Of a DNA stretch of 64,000 nt, positions 59,904 to 64,000 are shown in pieces. The stretch comes from Gammaproteobacteria bacterium (GTDB lineage: Bacteria; Pseudomonadota; Gammaproteobacteria; JBCCGL01). Position 1 is the first letter of the stretch; the number at the start of each line of letters is the position of its first letter. Position numbers and translations under genes: made by a program. The notes beneath the pieces were generated by a model. That model made no database searches. It saw only the letters and a list, made by a program, of their open reading frames with translations, and was not told the origin of the DNA. The stretch is taken from NCBI GenBank assembly GCA_965277715.1, contig OZ255836.1, forward strand, positions 608,001 through 672,000, in the 5' to 3' direction.

Positions 59904-62090
59904 TTAATGCAGAAACCGATTGATAACATTATCCAATAAATCTGAAATATTATTATTAAAATTATTGTGTGGCAGGCTGCCACAAAAAGTGATCGAGCCA
60001 CTGGCAAATACCGCGCCGCCGCCAGGGTATTCGCAATAGGTCATATCCGCCCGGATGGCGTCTTCGGCTTTGCCGCCGGGCCATACAGTAATGTGCGTGA
60101 GCTGTTCCTCCGGCACTAAAATAAAGGAATCGTCATGCCCTTCTGAGCGGGCGATAACGATGGCATTTTCCGGTGTGCCGAGGCGGGTGTCGGCACGGTC
60201 CAGTTCAAAGCCTGCGGCGCCGCCGCCGCTGAGGCCAAAATCACCAAGAACGGTATCATCGATACCCGCAAGAATCCACGCCGCCGCCGGGGCATCCGCC
60301 CCCGCAGCGCGCCGATAATAACTGCCCTGAAACTGCCCCTGACCGGAAAAACCAACGGCGGCGAGCTGTTGAGGTGGCCTGCCATTGCGCCGCCACAGAC
60401 CACCGTAATGGCCATCAAACGCATTGTAGTATTCACCTGGTTCGGAGGCCCAGGCGCGAATGCCGCCCTCACCCCGGCGAATTTCAATTGTGTTTGGGTG
60501 CTCGCTGTGCAGCGCCACACGCCAGTAAAAACCGTTGCCGCCCAGGTACATCAGCTTTCCGCCGTTATCGCGGTATTGTTGCAGGGCGTCGAGGGTTTCC
60601 TGGGTGTGGTATTCCGGGTGGCTGCCCGTGGTCACGGCCTTATATCCCTCAAGGGCTGAATGACCTTCCTGGTGCAGCTCCCAGTCGGTGATGATGTCGT
60701 AGTCGTGATGCTTATTTTCCAGCCAGGCGATTAAGTGGCTATCGGCCTGAAAATGGCGCAGGCCGGAACCTTCACCGTAACCAAAGGTGAGGTAGCCAGC
60801 GCGCAGGTTGAGCAATGGCCGTTGTGATGAGGCATGGCAGATACCACTCCCGTCGTGGTGGTGGTTGTAAGTCGATAAGCCATACTCGGGGTGCTCGGCG
60901 GGGTTCCACGGGTAGGCGTTCCAGGCGTCGATGCGGGCTTTCCAGTCCGGGTGGAAATCGGGGCGTGCGTGGTTGCCGTAAACGGTGTAGGTAAATGTCG
61001 ACACCAGCACGCATAAATCGGCGCGGCGCTGATTTTTGGGTGGGCAGACAAAAAAGGGCAGGTTGTCCTGGTATTCACCGCAGCGTATACGCACTGCGTA
61101 AATGCCGCTGGGCAGGGCTTCGGGGAGGGTGAAGCTGAAGTCGGTATGCCAACCGAAATCGACAATATCATCGCTGTGGAAGTGAATCGCCGCGTAGTGT
61201 TGCGGTGCGTGCCGCCAGGCCATTTCTGTGCCGTCCCAGCGGGCGCCGGTCATCCCGCGTGCCGGAAAGTTGCGCAGTTCGCCGTGTAGCTGGTGTGGGC
61301 CGGTATCAATGATCCGGGTGCGGCTGATGTGTTGACTGAAATCCCATTGGGCGAGTGCACCACCTGTTGGCTGATGGGGGTTGTCGAATTGGCTGGTGGT
61401 GCAGGCGTGTGGGTAAATGGCAGGCGCTTCAATCTTCCCGTTAAAACAATCCAGGGGGTGTTCACTGCAGCGGCTGGCGATGCCAATTTTATTCAGTGCA
61501 AGGTGTGCTGGCGGGGTAATTTCTGCACAGTGGATATGCGGTGTACGCGGGGTATTTAAGGCCTTAAAGCCAACAGACAGTGTATTGTTAAGCGAGTCAA
61601 AACACATCCACACGCGATACCACTGGCGTGCGATCAGGGGCGTGTCACCAAGCGCGACACGCTGCACTGTGCTATCGCCAAGGCTCGCGCCAAGCTGTGC
61701 CTGATCATCGATAAATAGCGTGGCCTGGCAGGTTTCAGCCCCTGTTTCAGTGGTATGTGCGAACGATAAAATGCACTGTTGTCGGGTGCCGGGCAGTGTT
61801 GGCCAGATCAGGGCGGTCAGCGTAAAGCTTTCCAGCGTGAAGGGTTGACCGGTATCAATCAACGCACAGGAACCGGGGTGAAAGGCCTGCTCACGTGAGG
61901 GGTAGGTGCCGGTAAAGTGGGCCTCGACAGATTCTTCAATAATGCCGGGGCCGTCGGGGTTTGGGTCTGCGCAGATAAGGCGCACCAGTTTTGCGCTGTA
62001 GTCCTCCGTTAAGCGACTGCTTATCTTGCAGGCGATGGTGTCACCTGGGCGGGCGGAAAGCTTGTCGGTATAGCCAATTAGAGGGATCAT
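59904..62090 (-). CDS. N,N-dimethylformamidase large subunit family protein
   Basis: GYTDKLSARPG, AIHFHSDD, YTVYGNH, STYNHH, GSHPEY, YLGGNGFYW, GFELD; start re-called at ATG 62090. Confidence 0.9.
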   Translation of the reverse strand: MIPLIGYTDKLSARPGDTIACKISSRLTEDYSAKLVRLICADPNPDGPGIIEESVEAHFTGTYPSREQAFHPGSCALIDTGQPFTLESFTLTALIWPTLPGTRQQCILSFAHTTETGAETCQATLFIDDQAQLGASLGDSTVQRVALGDTPLIARQWYRVWMCFDSLNNTLSVGFKALNTPRTPHIHCAEITPPAHLALNKIGIASRCSEHPLDCFNGKIEAPAIYPHACTTSQFDNPHQPTGGALAQWDFSQHISRTRIIDTGPHQLHGELRNFPARGMTGARWDGTEMAWRHAPQHYAAIHFHSDDIVDFGWHTDFSFTLPEALPSGIYAVRIRCGEYQDNLPFFVCPPKNQRRADLCVLVSTFTYTVYGNHARPDFHPDWKARIDAWNAYPWNPAEHPEYGLSTYNHHHDGSGICHASSQRPLLNLRAGYLTFGYGEGSGLRHFQADSHLIAWLENKHHDYDIITDWELHQEGHSALEGYKAVTTGSHPEYHTQETLDALQQYRDNGGKLMYLGGNGFYWRVALHSEHPNTIEIRRGEGGIRAWASEPGEYYNAFDGHYGGLWRRNGRPPQQLAAVGFSGQGQFQGSYYRRAAGADAPAAAWILAGIDDTVLGDFGLSGGGAAGFELDRADTRLGTPENAIVIARSEGHDDSFILVPEEQLTHITVWPGGKAEDAIRADMTYCEYPGGGAVFASGSITFCGSLPHNNFNNNISDLLDNVINRFLH

Positions 62091-62162
62091 GTGGTGGTCG
62101 TATCTGTTTATTTTCAGGCGCTTAGTATTACGCAAAGTGCGTACAAGGGGAAACCGGACATT

Positions 62163-63659
62163 ATGAGTACCGTGACAGTTTTAGAGGGGCGCAGGTTAAC
62201 GCCGGAGATTTTATCGGCGCTGGCCTGCGGGGGCAGCGTATCGATAAGTGCCGGTGGACGGGCGCGTATGTTAGCTGCGCGGGCGCTGATTGATGCAGCG
62301 GTGCAGGAGAAGAGGCCGGTATACGGCGTTACCACCGGTCTTGGTTCCAATGTGGATAAAGTATTGTCTGCGGATGAGCTGGCCACGTTTTCGGTGCAAA
62401 CCTTACGTGGCCGGGCGCAGGCGCTCGGCGCTCCGCTGCCCTGCCGGGTGGTGCGTGCCGCGATGGTTGTGCGTTTGAATACCCTATTGAGCGGCGCGGC
62501 GGGGGCATCGCTGGCGGTTGCCGGGGTGTTGCGTGATTGCATTGGCGCGGGGATTACCCCGGTGGTTGGTGAGAGCGCATCGATTGGGGCCAGCGATTTG
62601 GTGTGGGGGGCGACGATGGGGGTGGCGCTGATGGGCGAGGGGCGTATGCACGATGCGGCTGGCCTGCCCGGTGATGCCTTTGAGGTCTTGCGTGCAGCGG
62701 GTATCGCCCCACTGCAACCCGGCCCCCGCGACGGCCTGGCACTGGCCAGTCACGCCAGCTTTTCTGCGGCGCTGGCGGCGCTGGGTGTCGCCGATGCCCA
62801 GCGGGCGCTGAGTGCGGCACAGTCTGCAGCGGCCTTGTCGATGCAGGGGTTTGTCGCCAATACCTCGCCCTTGCACCCGGATGTATTGGCGTTGTGTGAA
62901 CGACCGGGCGAGGCGCAGGCGGTGGCGGGGCTACGGGCGCTATTGGCTGGCGCTGCCATTGAACAAATGGAAAATGCACGGCGTTTGCAGGATCCGTTGT
63001 CGATTCGCAACCTGGCGCAAATTCACGGCGCTGCGTTTGCGGCCCTGGCGTATGCACGCGAGGCGGCGCAGGCGGATATTAACGGTGCCAGCGATAACCC
63101 GGTGGTGCTGCTTGAGCAGGGGGAGATCGTCTCCGGTGGTGCCTACCATACAACTCATCTGACTATTGCTGTCGATACCTTGTCGCGTGCGTTGGCGCAT
63201 CTCGTCACGGCGCAGCTTGCCCGTATTGGCAAAATGCTCGCGACCCGGTTTACCGGTCTGCCGCAATACCTGGTTGCGCCGGGTTGTGCTGGTAATGGCT
63301 TTGCGCCCCTGCTGAAACCGGCGGAGGCACTGGCGGTGGAGATTGCCCACCTCGCCACCCCTGCACCTGTATGGCCGAGTATCAGTGCCGATGGTGTTGA
63401 GGATGTGATGAGCAGTACGCCTTTAGCGGCGAAATCGTTATTGGCCATTATCGAAAAGTGGCGGCGATTGACGGCAATTGAGATGGTGGTGGCTGTGCAG
63501 GCGATTGAATTGCGTGGGCAGGTTCAGTTGGGGCCGGCACTGACGGTACTGCGGGATCGCGTGCGGGAAATAGTGCCTGTGCTACAGGGTGACCGGTCTT
63601 TAATTGCTGAGATTGAGGTTTTGGCGGGTGGTATTGGTGAGGGGCGTTTTTCGATGTAG
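62163..63659 (+). CDS. Aromatic amino acid ammonia-lyase (HAL/PAL) family homolog lacking the Ala-Ser-Gly MIO motif
   Basis: VYGVTTGLG, SIGASDL, QDPLSIR, SDNP, VED; start re-called at ATG 62163. Confidence 0.88.
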   Translation: MSTVTVLEGRRLTPEILSALACGGSVSISAGGRARMLAARALIDAAVQEKRPVYGVTTGLGSNVDKVLSADELATFSVQTLRGRAQALGAPLPCRVVRAAMVVRLNTLLSGAAGASLAVAGVLRDCIGAGITPVVGESASIGASDLVWGATMGVALMGEGRMHDAAGLPGDAFEVLRAAGIAPLQPGPRDGLALASHASFSAALAALGVADAQRALSAAQSAAALSMQGFVANTSPLHPDVLALCERPGEAQAVAGLRALLAGAAIEQMENARRLQDPLSIRNLAQIHGAAFAALAYAREAAQADINGASDNPVVLLEQGEIVSGGAYHTTHLTIAVDTLSRALAHLVTAQLARIGKMLATRFTGLPQYLVAPGCAGNGFAPLLKPAEALAVEIAHLATPAPVWPSISADGVEDVMSSTPLAAKSLLAIIEKWRRLTAIEMVVAVQAIELRGQVQLGPALTVLRDRVREIVPVLQGDRSLIAEIEVLAGGIGEGRFSM

Positions 63660-63693
63660 AGGGTGCTATGGGAATCTAAATCTGACGCCTTCA

Positions 63694-63746
63694 TTATCCT
63701 GAATTCCTCAGTTGAATCTACTGCGAACACCTTATGCACTGAATCT
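63694..63746 (-). repeat. Partial copy (right end) of the MITE-like element at 17302-17476
   Basis: Reverse complement matches 17428-17480 at 49/53 positions. Confidence 0.85.
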
Positions 63747-63788
63747 GTAGAGCAGGTATTGAAGGAGGAGAGAGGTTTATTTTTTCAA

Positions 63789-63828
63789 ATGGTACATATT
63801 TGCCAGTCGACTGGCAAATATGTACCAT
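63789..63828. repeat. Perfect 40-bp palindrome with no spacer
   Basis: ATGGTACATATTTGCCAGTC GACTGGCAAATATGTACCAT. Confidence 0.95.
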
Positions 63829-63856
63829 GAGCGCATCTCAGCACTCGCGGTTCACT

Positions 63857-64000
63857 ATGTCCCCTATACTAATTGACCGGCGGGCCCACGCGTTGTTAAA
63901 AGCCTTGTCTGCAAGTTATCCGGTGTTAGCTATTACCGGGCCAAGGCAGTCTGGAAAGACGACGCTGGCGAAGATGGCTTTTCCCGAAAAAACCTATGTC
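63857..64000 (+). CDS. ATP-binding protein, AAA_14/DUF4143-like (5' part, runs off the window)
   Basis: MSPILIDRRAHALLKALSASYPVLAITGPRQSGKTTLAK. Confidence 0.85.
   Translation, partial: MSPILIDRRAHALLKALSASYPVLAITGPRQSGKTTLAKMAFPEKTYV

Overview
A 64 kb chromosomal window from a flagellated gammaproteobacterium, probably marine or environmental (inferred from purM-purN/DUF3108-DUF2066-hda synteny, a flgNMA-cheV-flgB-L block with sigma54/sigma28 sites, and mreBCD). Between the core blocks lie many small-molecule and nitrogen catabolism genes: a polar amino-acid ABC transporter, Rieske oxygenase, amidase, malyl-CoA-lyase-like enzyme, proline-racemase family enzyme, Co-type nitrile hydratase, 2OG-Fe(II) oxygenase, dimethylformamidase large subunit and an ammonia-lyase homolog lacking the MIO motif. 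There are also chrB/chrA genes and several gene remnants. The best candidate for an undescribed system is a four-gene operon at 4700-9687 (minus strand). It encodes an extended MotA/TolQ/ExbB-family subunit, two mutually paralogous ExbD/TolR-like partners (one with Glu, one with Asp in the TM helix; the second extended and anchored at both ends) and a membrane-anchored tandem FGE/SUMF1-fold protein. Non-coding findings include a TIR-bounded miniature element family (one complete copy, related ends elsewhere including beside slyX), a second MITE-like element overlapping a stop codon and an RBS, an RBS-sequestering chrB leader and a perfect 40-bp palindrome. No rRNA, tRNA, CRISPR array or intact transposase was recognised. 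All calls come from reading motifs by eye; no database searches were run.
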